Below, in pieces: positions 49,231 to 62,221 of a DNA stretch of 64,000 nt (within the stretch, counting starts at the first letter, position 1; every line of letters starts with the position of its first letter). Origin of the DNA: Mobula birostris (Eukaryota). The stretch lies in the NCBI RefSeq assembly GCF_030028105.1, contig NC_092382.1, positions 99,650,699 to 99,714,698 of the forward strand. Reading direction: 5' to 3'. The notes beneath the pieces were generated by a model. It saw only the letters and a program-made list of their open reading frames with translations. It did no database searches and was not told the origin of the DNA. Made by a program: the position numbers and the translations under genes.

Positions 49231-49770
49231 AATGATGCAGCTCTCTAAAACCCTGGTTAGGCCACACTTGGAGTACTGTGTCCAGTTCTGGTCGCCTCAC
49301 TATAGGGAGGATGTGGAAGCATTGGAAAAGGTACAGGGGAGATTTACCAGGATGCTGCCTGGTTTAGAGAGTATGCATTATGATCAGAGATTAAGGGAGC
49401 TAGGGGTTTACTCTTTGGAGAGAAGGGGGATGAGAGGAGACGTGATAGAGGTGTACAAGATAATAAGAGGAATAGATAGAGTGGATAGCCAGCGCCTCTT
49501 CCCCAGGGCACCACTACTCAATACAAGCGGGCATGGCTTTAAGGTGAGGGGTGGGAAGTTCAAGGGGGATATTAGAGGAAGGTTTTTAACTCAGAGAGTG
49601 GTTGGTGCGTGGAATGCACTGCCTGAGTCACTGGTGGAGGCAGATACATTAGTGAAGTTTAATAGACTACTAGACAGGTATATGGAGCAATTTAAGTTGG
49701 GTGGGGGGTTATATTGATGCATGGTTTGATATTCGGCTGTGTTGTACTATTCTATGTTCTATGTTCTATG
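49231..49770 (+). mobile_element. 5'-truncated CR1 LINE specific to unit B
   Basis: ORF 49232-49717 and (TTCTATG)n tail; empty site GGAACTGAAGAAG at about 32375 in unit A. Confidence 0.9.
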
Positions 49771-52111
49771 TGAAGAAATAAGTGTGCCTTATTGACAAGG
49801 GCGCAGCAGGACTTTGCCGATTTTTTTCTCTCTACAACCCGGGACTTGAATCAGGGTACAGGATTCCTAATTCAGGATTAGGAGCAGTTCTGACATCGGA
49901 AACATCAGGTTCTTGAACGAGAGTAGATAACAGCACTCACCGCACCTCTGATAAATTCTGAACCAAACACGGCCATTTCTCAGTTTCTCGGAGCTTTCGG
50001 AACATTTACAGGTGATTACTGTTGCAGCGTTCTTGAAAATTACCTAAGCATTTTATCTACAGGGCTAATTTGAATGCAGTTTTGTCGTGATTGAAATAAT
50101 ACGTGTTATAAATATTATTAATAGAACAATATTTATCCTATTCATGTTCTATCCTCTTTTACATTCCTCTTTTAACCCTTACTTACTGTTCTGGTCAAAT
50201 TGAACCCGGTTTGATATTTGACAGTAGTAAAAACACACTAAATGCCATTTTTAGCCGAAGTTTCATGACTTTTTGTAAAGTGACCACAAGTGCGCAAAAA
50301 TGAAAATATTGAAAAAAAATATACTTTTCTACGGGTGCTACAAAATTCTGTACATTGAGTCTAATCCGGGTCAAATTTTAACCGTAGCTATTGAAATGGG
50401 TTTTAGATCCAGTAGTCTGGGTCAAATCAAGGGAAATTGTGGCTTCTGGGAATCTTAAAAAGGTGAAATTGTACATGCCATGTTTGTTGGTTAAATGTTA
50501 GTTAATGTTGGATTAACAGTTAATGGTTATAACTACATAGTCGTTATGAGGATATTATGTCATATGGCAGTGAGGACAGTGGTTGATTGTTGTAAATCTT
50601 TATAAAACAAACCCTATAGTTACAGAATGTTCTTGCCGTTTTCAGCTTCAACAAATATATTGAAATCATTATGGCTTTTAAGTTTTCATGTCTTTGGTAA
50701 AATAGGAGATGATATTGTGTGATAGTAGATGTTTTATTCTCCGTAACCGAATCGTTCTTCTCTGAACAAATCACTCTCCTTGCTCTCCGAAACATTCATT
50801 AAGGATGAATCACCTATTTATTAATGGCACATAGGCTATTTATACATTCTAAGAAGATTTTTTTTGCTTCAAAATTTGTTGTAGACACTTGCTATGAGGG
50901 GATTCTTGCGGCGGATCAAACTTAACCCAGACAATACTGTGAAGGCATACAATATGAACAGTATGTACGGTTTAATTCAGCAGATTGCAGTGTTTGTCAA
51001 GCATTGATTTATGTAGGTTTTGTATGCCTGCAATGGCTTTATCTATTGAATAAGTTGCTGTTCTTTATCTATCCTGTGTTACTAAATCCGGACGGGTATT
51101 AGCGATCAACCCATCTGTAATTACTGCTCAGTAGTCATTTAATTTGTTGCAATATGACTCTTGTATCTATTGTAAGTTGTTCTGTCTTTCCTGTTTCTCA
51201 GCAGCTGGTGAAACCTCATGTCCAGACTCAGCCAATCACTGCGTCGGCCCTTTACTGATTGGACGACGGTTAGCGGCGGAGTTCCGCAGCAATCGGTGTT
51301 GGAACCGCTTCTTATCGCGTTGTACGTCAATGATTTGAATGAAGAATTTGATTGATTTGTGGCAGGGTTTGAGAGCCATGCGAGGGTAGATGGAAGGGCA
51401 GGTAGAGTTGAGGAAACACGGTGCTTGCAGATGGCACTAGACGGACTGGAGAAGAGGCAAAGAACTATGAAGTAATACGATGTAGGACATTGCCCAGTCT
51501 TACTCTTTTAAAGGCTTGGACTATTTCGGAATTGGGAAGAACATCTGAATTGAAAACTCAGAGTTGCAGAGCCACAGGAAAATGTGCAGTATGAGTTAGT
51601 GGGGGCGTAGACAAATGCATGTTCCAATCCATTTTCGGAGGACTGGTATATGAAAACAACACCTTCGCCATGTCATAAACTGTATACGCTCTGTATAGGC
51701 CTGGGCTATTGTAACACTGGGGAGAATATTGAAACAAGCAGAGGTGCAGAGCCTTTTGGGTAGATTTCCTACAGGAACATTTGCACAACGGTGGGGAAGC
51801 CAAGTGCAACGTTATCATCCATTTCCAGAGAAATGGGATATGAAAGCAACTCTTCAACAACCTATTAACCTTTAATGTCTTCCTGCTTCCGGACTCACAG
51901 GCAGCCAATTCATGAGAGCCGAACACCGTGACTGACCACTCTTAGATGATTCTCCAGCCCCCGCCCCGCCCCCACAAACTCCGCGACGATATCCCAAGTG
52001 TTCAAGGAGATGGTCAGAGGGGATCTGTACCCGGGCCCCTTCAGCACTGTCTCGTTCAGGGCTGTCACACAGTCCCCTGTGCCCTGCGCCCTGGGTATAA
52101 CTCCCTCTCTA

Positions 52112-52839
52112 GACCTGAGGAGAGCTAAGGTACCGGTGACCCCTGTTTTCATCCAGGGAGTCTGTGTGGACATTGTGGAGAATTACAAATACCTGGGGAT
52201 ACGTATTGACCATAAACTGGACTGGTCAAAGAACTCTGAGGCTGTCTACAAGAAGGGTCAGAGCCGTCTCTATTTCCTGAGGAGACTGAGGTCCTTTAAC
52301 ATCTGCCGGACGATGCTGAGGATGCCCTACGAGTCCGTGGTGGCCAGTGCGATCATGTTTGCTGTTGTGTGCTGGGGCAGCAGGCTGAGGGTAGCAGACA
52401 CCAACAGAATCAACAAACTCATCCGTAAGGCCAGTGATGTTGTGGGAATGGAAATGGACTCGCTGACGGAGGTGTCTGAAGGGAGGATGCTGTCCAAGTT
52501 GCATGCCATCTTGGACAATCTCTCCCATCCACTGCATAATGTACTGGTTGGGCGCAGGAGTACATTCAGCCAGAGACTCGTACCACCGAGATGCAATACA
52601 GAGCGTCATAGGAAATTATTCCTGCCTGTGGCCATCAAACTTTACAACTCCTCTCTTGGAGGGTGAGACACCGTGTGCCGATAGGCTGGTCCTGGACAAA
52701 TTTCATAATTTACTGGCATAATTTACATATTACATTAACTATTTATGCTTCTATTTCTATTTATTATTTATGGTGCAACTGTAACGAAAACCAATTTCCC
52801 CCTGGGATCAATAAAGCATGACTATGACTATGACTATGA
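52112..52839 (+). mobile_element. 5'-truncated Rex1/Babar-like retrotransposon with (ATGACT)n tail and CTCTA target-site duplication
   Basis: YKYLGIRID..KKGQSRLYFLRRLRSFN..FLPVAIKLYNS; CTCTA at 52107-52111 and 52840-52844; single CTCTA at the empty site about 34048 in unit A. Confidence 0.88.
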
Positions 52840-53930
52840 CTCTATATGTCCTGTCCATCACCACTTCAGCCTCCCGAATGATCTGGAGCTCGTCCAGTTC
52901 CACCTCCAGCTCATTAAAGCGGATTGTTTGAAGCTGCAGCTCTCGCAGCTGTCGTCGTCAGGGTTACTGGAGTTCTCTAGCTTCCCCAGATTCCGCAAGA
53001 GGTTCATTTAACCATCCTGCTTGGCAGCTCTGTTATCCTATCTGATCAGATATAAAGAAGGGAAGGAAAAGGAAAAGTCTTAACCAAGTGGTTTTCTTTT
53101 CATTGCCGACTTTGACGGAAGCCTCCCTGAGCTGACGCCTCGGCGAGCAGAAACCTGAAGATCTCCTGCTTGCCGGTCCATTCAGACGATGGCTACTGCA
53201 TTTGACCCTGCCTTCCTGTTACTGATCAACCGCAAACGCCGCCTGGTCGCTGGTCATAGTTCCTTTTCACTGTTAGGACCCGCTGTCGCCTTCAATACCC
53301 GTGCTGACAGAAGTCCTCTCCTCCCAAATCGCCCGACGTCCCGATTGGCTGCTGGTCAAAAATCTTTTTTCTCAAAATTATTAATGCGAAATTATCTAAC
53401 TCGACATTCTTCTCAATCTACCTATGCAACTATAATGTTTAAGAACTGCCAATTCAATAATTATTTCGAACTTTTTTATATATTCTTTTTTGCTTATTTT
53501 ATTTTTTTTTTTGTTGGCGACGTGTACCTTCCTTTCCAGACTAGTTGTAAGCCAGTGTCTGACTGTGTGTAAATAAGCTTCTCAATTTTTGTGTCCGTTC
53601 ACAGACACTTCACGGGTCGGTGGATAGCCGGCTGCTGGGAGTATTAGATACACTTCCAATCTGCTTTTGTATCGCTTCTCTGACGGTCTTCAAATAAAGT
53701 GTTAAATCCACCTGTCATTCCGTAGAACCTAATTAAGGGAGAGTCCGTGGGGATTTTCGACGTCAGCGCGGAGGTGTGGCTGCTGGTTGTCTGGTCTACT
53801 GATATGTACGGTATCCGTCACAACGACAGTTTCAGTGAGAGCCGCCAGGCTACGCTATCAGAGACTAGCGGCTGCAGACAGAGAGAAGACAGAGGCTGTA
53901 TCGGGAACAGGAATCTGGACTATCGCAGCA

Positions 53931-56900
53931 ATGGATTATAATCTGCGAAATGCATTGTACAATGCTACGGGAATTGCGAAGACCATTTTCTGGCATATTC
54001 CATTTCTTTTTGAAATTTATGAATGGCTACCGTTGCACTCTCGAATCAATGTTGTGCTCATGACATTGCAACCGGTTTACTATCCTGTACTCGCCATTGT
54101 AGTTCTTCCTGGTAAGTGTCTCGTCGCGACCTCGTGACTAACGTTGAAAATTGTATGTCCTCTAACGACTCGGCAATTGCAAGGCAGGTCTTTCCAACCG
54201 GTATCGCGTCAGCAAACGTCAGCGGAATATATTAGATATGATACCCCACGCCAGTCTTATTGTGGAAGTCAGGAGGCATCTGATACAAAGGGACATTGCT
54301 ATTTGGATACAGAAATGGCTTGCCCACAGAAGGCAAAGTGTTGTTGCAGACTGTCATATTCCGCATTGAGGTCATTAACCAGTGCTGTGTCTCAGGCATC
54401 TGTTCTGACACTCCTACTCGTCCTGATTTTTATAAATGACCTGGATGAGGGAGTGGAGCGAGGGGTTAGTAAATCTGGTGATGAGAAAAGGTTGGAAGTG
54501 TTGTGGATAGTGTGGAGAACAGTCAGAGGTGACAGCGGGACATTGATAGGATGCAAAACTGCGCTATGAAGAGGCAGATGGAGTTTAACACAGAGAAGTG
54601 TGATGTCGTTCATTTTAGTGGGACAAATATGATGGCAGAATATTGTGTTGAATGAATTAAGTAAATAAATAAGTAGCTAAAACGTCTGAACAGTTATAAA
54701 GCATGAGGTCACGTGGGCATCATCATTGCCATGATCGGTCGCCGACAAACTGAGTGCAGAGGAAATCAGCAGTATGCAGAGGGATATTAATCAGCTCAGC
54801 GAATCTACCAGCCTCTGGCAGAAGGAGTGAAAAGCTGTTAACAGCGAGGTTATCCACTTGGGAAGGGTAAATAGAAGAACAGAATATTCTTTAAGTGGTA
54901 AACGATTGCAGTATGTTGCTCTGCGGAGGGACATTAGGTCGCTTGTGCGTGAATCACCGAAGTTTGGTTTGCAGGTGCAGTGGGCTATTAGAGGGATTGA
55001 ATTTAGGAGCACGGAATTACGCTGCAACTGCACAAGGTACTGGTGAGGCGGCATCGGGGGTAATGTGCAGTTCTGGTCTTCCGACTTGAGGATGGATAAA
55101 CTGTCTGTGCAGGCTGTAGATTTCAGAGATGAAGTAGTTGGACTGTGAGGGGAAATTGAGTCGAATGGGATCGTACTCGCTGGAACTAAGAAGGATGAGA
55201 GGAAATATTCTAGAAACATAAAAAATTTGGAATGGATAGATAAGATAGTGGCAAGTCTGTTGTTTCCACTGGTAAGTGAGATTAAATCTACTGGACATTG
55301 CCTGAGGATTCTGGGGAATAAATTGAGGACCGTGTTGAGGAGAATCTTCTTCTCTAAGAGGATGTTGAATCTGTGGAATTCTCTGCTCAATGAAGCTACC
55401 TCAATAACGATATGTAAGTCTGGCTAGCATAGTTTTTTGCAGAGTATAAGAATGAAGGGCTATGAGGATAAACGTAGGCATGAGTCCATGCTCAGTCTTT
55501 CTTCAGTGATTGGTAAGTTGATGGAGAAAATCCGGAGAGGTAGAATTTGTGGACATTTGGAGAGGTTTAATATGATGCTGAGTAGACAGCATGGCTTTGT
55601 CAGGGAAATCGGTGCCTTACGAGCCTGATTGATTTTTTTGAGGATGTGACTAAACACATTGTTGAAGGAACAGCAGTAGGTGTAGTGTATATGGATTTCA
55701 GCAAGGCATTTGATAAGATCCTCCATGCAAGGCTTATAGAGAAAGTAAGGAGGCATGGGATTTAAGGGGATATTGCTATGTGCACACAGAAATGGCTTGC
55801 CCACAGAAGGCAAAGTCTGGTTGTAGACGGGTCATAATCGGCATGATTGTCGGTGACCAGTGGTGTGCCTCAGGGATTTGATCTGGGACCGTTACCCTTC
55901 GTGAGTTTTATAAATGATCTGCAAGAGGAACTGGATGTTTGGGTTATTAAGTTTGCTGATGACACAAAGGTTGGAGGTGTTTTGGCTAGTGTTGAGAGCT
56001 GTCAGAGAGTACAGCGAGACATTAATAAGATGCAAGACGGTGCTGCGAAGAGCTAGATGGAGTTCAGCCCAGATACCTGTGAAGTGGTTCATTGCGGTAG
56101 TTCAAGTGTAACGGTAGAATATTGTATTAATGCTAAGACTCTTGGCAGTGTGGAGTTTCAGAGGGATCTTGGGGTCCGAGTACATAGAACGCTCAAAGCA
56201 GCTCCGCAGGCTGACGTTGCGGGGAAGAAACCATACGGTGTATTAGTCTTTATTAACAGTGGAATTGAATTTAGGAGCCGAGAGGGAATGTTGAAGGTAC
56301 ATAGGACCTTGGTCAGACTCCACTTGGAGTACTGTTCTCAGACCTGGGAGCCTCACGACAGTAAGATCTGTAACCATAAAAAAAGGGTGCAGAAGAGATT
56401 TACAAGGAAGTTACTCGGATTGGGAAAATTCCTATGCAAACAGTTTGAGTGAACTCGGCATTCCCTCCTTGGAGTGACGGAAAATGAAATGTGACGTGAC
56501 AGATGTGTATAAGCTGATGACAGAAATTGATCGTGTGAATAGTCAGAGGTCTTTTCCAAGGGCTGAAATGATTGTTACAGGAGAACAGAGATTTAAAGTG
56601 CTAGGAAGTAGTTACAGAGGAGATGTCAGGGATAAGTTGTTTTTTTTAAGCAGAGAGCGGTAAGTGCGTGTAATGGGCTGCCAGCAACGTTTGCTGGAAG
56701 TGGATACAACAGGTTCTTTGAAAAGACTTTTGGATAGGTAGCTTTAGCTAAGGAAAATAGACGGCTATATGTTAGCCAAGTCAGTTCTAAGGTTGGGACA
56801 TGTTCGGCACAATTCTGTCAGCCGAGGGGTCTGTATTGTACTGTAGGTGTTCTAAGTTTCTATGTTTCTGTTTCTGGATCAGCCATGATCATCGTCATTG

Positions 56901-58454
56901 CCTGACCATGCCACTCTGAACCGATGGACTGTTCCTGCTTCTATTGCTAATTTTATTTTATTGTCAATTTCTCTTGTGTTTACAGTTGAGGGGAGTTGAA
57001 TTTCTGTCACCGTGATGCATGGAATATTAACCGGTTTATTATTCCTTTAACACTCCCCGGTCTCAACTCCTTCTTCTGACGCCAAAGAACAGAAGTCATT
57101 CCAGCCAACCATTGATATAACTGCTTAGCCATAGGGCACGGCAGCTGAATTCAGCCACTGGAGCAACGAGCATTCGCCACCATTTCATCATAGATGATTT
57201 ATTATCCCTCCCAGCCACATTCTGGCGACCACTCCCCGTATCCATTGACACCCCGACGAATCTGCAGACTCCCCCAGTCCACGTCCACGATACCGAGGCC
57301 TTTCAATATTCAATATGTTTCAATGACATTCCTCTCATTCTCCTGAACTTCAGCAGGTGCATTATACGCACTGCCAATTTAGTAATGGCTCCCGATAAAC
57401 TCCTTTGCAGATGCATTAATTTCATTTTCATCTCTGCTCTCTAAACTGCTGTCGATTAAAATAATTGTTTTTGGAAAATGTTTCCATCCAAATGTGTGTT
57501 AATGTTTTTTTTTTTATTTCTCTCCGCACAGTGAACGTGGTGACAGTCGTCATCCTGTCTCGGGGAAAGTGCGGTCTCTCCGAAGGCGTCAGAAGGTACC
57601 TGGTTGCCATGGTAGCAGCGGATCAGCTCGTCGTTCTCTTCGATTTGGTATTGAGCAAGATTCCAAGGACTTACAATTCAGAAGGGGTTTTCCACTGGTC
57701 GCATCGTGCTCCCGTGTGTAATATCCACGCCGTTCTGTTCTACGCCGCCACGGACTGTTCTGTCTGGTTCACCGTCACTTTCACCTTTGATCGATTTGTC
57801 GCCATTTGCTTTCAGAAGCTGAAAAGTTTATACTGCACCGGGAGAGCGGCGGCTCTGGTTCTGGGGACAGTGACTGTGCTGAGCTGTGGAAAGAACATAA
57901 TCTGGTACTTTTTGCTCGATGGATCATACTCGGCGGTACTTTCGTTCGTGCTCTGTATGCGTTCTTTTCGTTTTTATCTATCTCACCAGGCAATATTCAT
58001 GCTGATTCATTTCCTCCTCACCCCAGTATTACCCTTTGTCTTGATTATCCTGTTAAACAGTTTAACCATCAGGCACGTCTTAGTGGCCAGCCGAGCCCGG
58101 AGGACACTCCGTGGTTCTCGGGACGGCGATACTACTGCCGACCCGGAGATGAAGAACCGCAGGCAATCGCCCCTGTTACTGCTGGTGATGTCGGGGAATT
58201 TCATCCTGCTGTGGGCGCTGCTGACGGTTAATTCTGTATGGGAGAGCCTGTATTTTTACATTTACTCAATGCCCCCGGATTTTCTGCGGGAGCTGGGCCA
58301 CATGCTGCATCTCCTGAGCTGCTGCACCAACACGGCCCTTTACGCCGTGGTCCAGGCCAGGTTCAGGGTGCAGCTGAAGGAGACGGTGAAATCGCCCTTC
58401 GGTCTCATGGAAAAGTTCACTCGGCGTTGTCAGGACTGCTTTAATCCTCGGTGA
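53931..58454 (+). CDS. Class-A GPCR, GPR139/GPR142-like paralogue B; exon 1 53931-54111, exon 2 57532-58454, 367 aa
   Basis: Same 181-nt first exon and phase-1 junction as paralogue A; open 7TM frame with FDRFVAIC and SCCTNTALY. Confidence 0.88.
54300..56950 (+). mobile_element. Mosaic of degenerate CR1 fragments in the GPCR-B intron
   Basis: SGVPQGFDLGPLPFVSFINDL..KFADDTKVGG and related fragments. Confidence 0.8.
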
Positions 58455-59383
58455 CTCTTCTCCCCTACCACCGCGAAACATCCCGTATCGTCAGTGGCAT
58501 GTGCAGGTCCATTGGGCCTGTTGACAGCCCTGATTAGCTCCCACCCTCCACCCGCCCATCCCCTCCATGCACGAACCCAATCTGCCTCCACTGTGCCCCT
58601 TCCAGTTTACTTTGTACGCGAGTTCCCGATAATGTGTCCTCAGTTCCACCGAGTGGGTGATTCTACCGTTATTTGCTTGTGAAGCTTTGACATCACCATC
58701 GCAATACGCCCGTTTTGCCCTGCCGGTATTCCTTGCGGACCGAATTTTCGCTCAGGTGCGCCCGATGTAGCTCCATCTCTCTTCTCTGTCGAGAGCTGTT
58801 GGCGCCAAATCCCCAGCCACGGAACGGTTGGGGAAGACTAGCTACCGTGGGCAGTCTGCAAATCTCCACTTGATCCGGAGTTCTTTGGAATCTGTCTGTC
58901 ACCTCGAGAATAATTCAGTAACTCACACTTGTAAAAGCACTCGACTGATCGTTGTTCGTACGTCTCAAGCAGCAATTGCTATCGCAATGCCTTCCGGGAA
59001 GTAAAATAAATTCTTGGACACTTGGTGCAGTGGAAGTCCAATCTGTCGAATTGGATTGAGGTCTTTGGGTATGTGGGGAAGGTGATTGCTGAGGAAAAGG
59101 CACCGGATGTCTATTTATTTATTGAAGTTCGGTACGAAATGTGAGATGCTGCCAGAAGTATTGCTCTGGCAGATACACCTTCAATTGGTATGGATCCATC
59201 AGAACGCTGGCCCCTTCAGGAACAGCGTCTTGCACTGGAGTATTCCACGTGAGATACTGATTGGAGTTCTCCGACACGCCGATGCGCGTCTGTACTAAGT
59301 CCCTCGTAATTTGGCGATTTCCCTTCTCCGTTTGAATATTCATCGTTGTGCTCAGTTCCCGCCGCTGGCTGAAAAGCGTGACG

Positions 59384-59480
59384 GCGTGGGTGTCCTCGGG
59401 GTCCTCCTGTTTCCTCCAACGGTGCAAACACTGAGTTAGGTTAATTGGTCTCTGTAAATTGTCCCATGAGTATGGTCACT
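59384..59480 (+). mobile_element. V-SINE (HE1-like) core fragment
   Basis: GCGTGGGTGTCCTCGGG..GTTTCCTCC..GTTAGGTTAATTGG..TAAATTGTCCC resembles the V-domain. Confidence 0.65.
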
Positions 59481-62221
59481 GGGACCGTGAAGCATTGCCA
59501 GACCGTTGGGAATGGATTGTAAGTCAGACTTTTGAGAAGGACCCATACCGGGTATGGTGATCAAGAATACTAAGCTTCTGGGCACAGCATCCATTCAAAT
59601 TTGGTCCAGAGATTTTGGACAGAGGGTAGTCGTAGAGGGCAACCATTCTACATTTGACATGTGTTTGAGATGCTCTGGCCTTTGACTTGGATGCAAATGC
59701 AGATAACTCATAATTAAGTTTTCAGAGGATGTTGTGGATGTTAAGGAAGCTTGGTAACAGTGCAGATGGGTTGGAATATTAGCTCCAGAACTGATAACAT
59801 TTTCCAACCAATGCGACAGTTCGGTCTCTACGGTTCTTCGAAACGGTAGGGATTTCGGGAAAAGGATATATTTACAGGAATCTTGAGAAAAAGGAGAGGG
59901 CACCAAGATTAGTCATGCTGAGGTATCAGAAAAATCTTCAGATTAATGACATTGGACCTAAGCACTCATTCGTGGGCAGATAATTCAATAACTTTACTGT
60001 TTGAGACACTGATATGCCAAAATAAAAAAAAAATGCGATTCGTATGTCGTTAAAAAAGTGGCAAACAGCAATACAGCTATTTCAATGTGTTAATCCAAGG
60101 ATCGCTCCATCTACCCGAAGCACTGGTTTTAAGGTGCCAGGACCCGCCCACACACATTCTCTTGTCAGTAGAAACAGTTCCACCAGGTTTACAGCTAAAC
60201 CACACGAGAAGGCCAAGAATATTACAAACATAACTGTTTCGAATGAATGCAGATAGGCCGATTAATGTTCTGCAGACAGCACAAGAAAATAAGAAGAATA
60301 TATTTCGAGACATACACAAAGTGCCGGAGAAATTAAAGTTAAGAGGGAGGTTATTTCTAATGTCCTGTAAAGGCAAAGACCTTCATACACAGAGTAGTGG
60401 GTAACTGGGATGCTCTTCCTGGTGTGATGGTAGAGGCACAATCATTAGTGGCTTTTAAGACAAGTTCTGATAGGCATGTGCACATGAGGAATATTAATGG
60501 ACATATATGCCTATTATGTAAGCTGACAAGATCACTCTGCATCTTCGTTACCAGGTTAGCTGGTTCAGCACGACATTGCTGAGCGAAGGGTCTGTTCATG
60601 TGTCTGCACTGTTCCACGTTATGGATTCTAAATCAGGGAATGAACAAATGACAGTTCGGAGCTAGAGCCTTCATCGGGATTGATAACGGTAAGGGGCCTG
60701 GTGGGTTCAGCGGGATAAGGTGATGGATTACAAACAGACAGGTGGTAGGGCAAATAAGGTGACGGGAACGGGCCAATGTGGGTGAAATAAGATCCTGTGA
60801 GGAGATAGGTGGAAGAGGGAAGGGAAGGAAGGAGGGAGAAGCTGAGGAGAGTTGACAATGAACGACAGGGAAGACGCAGGTTCTCCAGCTGGAGAATAAT
60901 GGTAAGTCAGTTGAACAGAAAAGACGAGAGGCCGAGTTGTTGGGCATCTTTAAGCGGGTTTGAAAGGCTTTTGATGATTGAGGCCGTCTAAGGTAACGGG
61001 AGCAGGTTGGGGAAATGGGTTGGGAGGGAGCGTAAATCAGCCATGATGGAATGGCGGAGTAGATACCATTTTCGGTTAGAGAATGAAAATAGAAAGTGCG
61101 CTCTCTTCTTTCAAAATGCTGGAGGAACTCAATATCTCTGGAAAAGAATGAACAGTCAATGTTGTGCACCAAGACCTTTCTTCAGCACTGGGAAGGATGG
61201 GGAAAGACACCAGAATTAAAAGGGGGTGTAGGGCAGGATAAGAAAGATAGTTAGAAGGTGATAGGTGAAGCCAGTTGGTTGGGAAAGGAAAAGGGTGGGA
61301 GATGAAGGAAACTGTTAGGCCTGAGGGGGAGCAGTGAGAGAGGGCCTCACCGAACTCCTGTTGTAATGAGAATTTAAATTTCTTCAAGTTAGGCATGCCC
61401 CGATGAGACTTTGCAATGCAGCAGTAAATCATAAACAACAGAGCTCTACTGATTTTGGAAAGCTAAATCAACGCACACAAAATCTTGGAGAAACTCAGCT
61501 TGTCAGGCAGTATCTATGCGATTTTCTTTTGAAGATGCGATGGGGCAACGGCCGAAGTTTGCTCCTGCGGTCCGCCGCTCTGGAGAAAATAGTCCAGTTG
61601 TGTCCATCTCTCCTCAATGAAGTATCGCGGCTTTGAAGTTCAAAACCACCCACCCCCGATCAAATCGCGCGCAGCTTGGATGTGTGCCCCACCAAAATCT
61701 CTGTACCTGCGAAGAATCCTGACATTCAGACCATCAGATCATGAGATATTGGAGCAGGATTAGGTCACTTTGGACCATCGAGTGTGCTCTGCCATTTTAT
61801 CATGGTTGATCCAATTTTCCTCTCAGCCCAAATGTCCTGCCTTGCCCCGTATCTCCTCTTCCCCGACCTCTCAAGAAACTATCACCCTCTGCCCTGAATA
61901 TACCCAACAGCTTAGTCTGCACGGCAGCCTCCAGAAGTTGAGTCAGACATGTGCCTGTGAAGTAAATTGAAGGATACTCTCATTCTACAAGCAAAAAGAA
62001 CTCGTTAGGGGCTAGATAGAAAACTGGGAGGTGGTAGGTCAAATTTATTGCTTCTTCAACACAGAGTCAAACTGTGCAGCAGCTTTGAGTGTCCTGTGGA
62101 CTCGGACCCCAACATAGGTTCTCGATAATTATACAGAAAGCTATTGCATGGCAGCAATCGAAAAGAAGCGTTCAGTCCGCCAGACTTGCTCAGACAGGGA
62201 TTTCAGGAGAGACGCTTTGAG

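Larger units (their letters stand above)
47205..58454 (+). repeat. GPCR duplication unit B
   Basis: Collinear with 30515-41369 apart from lineage-specific insertions. Confidence 0.9.

Noticed and set aside
51998-52666. 222-aa ORF as a host gene
   Set aside because: It is a Rex1/Babar C-terminal domain fused by chance to flanking repeat; a TSD and tail are present.
57465-57531. Single-exon start for GPCR-B (ORF 57465) or GPCR-A (ORF 40455)
   Set aside because: These lack TM1; the upstream 181-nt exons supply it in the correct phase in both paralogues.
58460-59380. Short ORFs downstream of GPCR-B
   Set aside because: No recognisable domain or splice structure.
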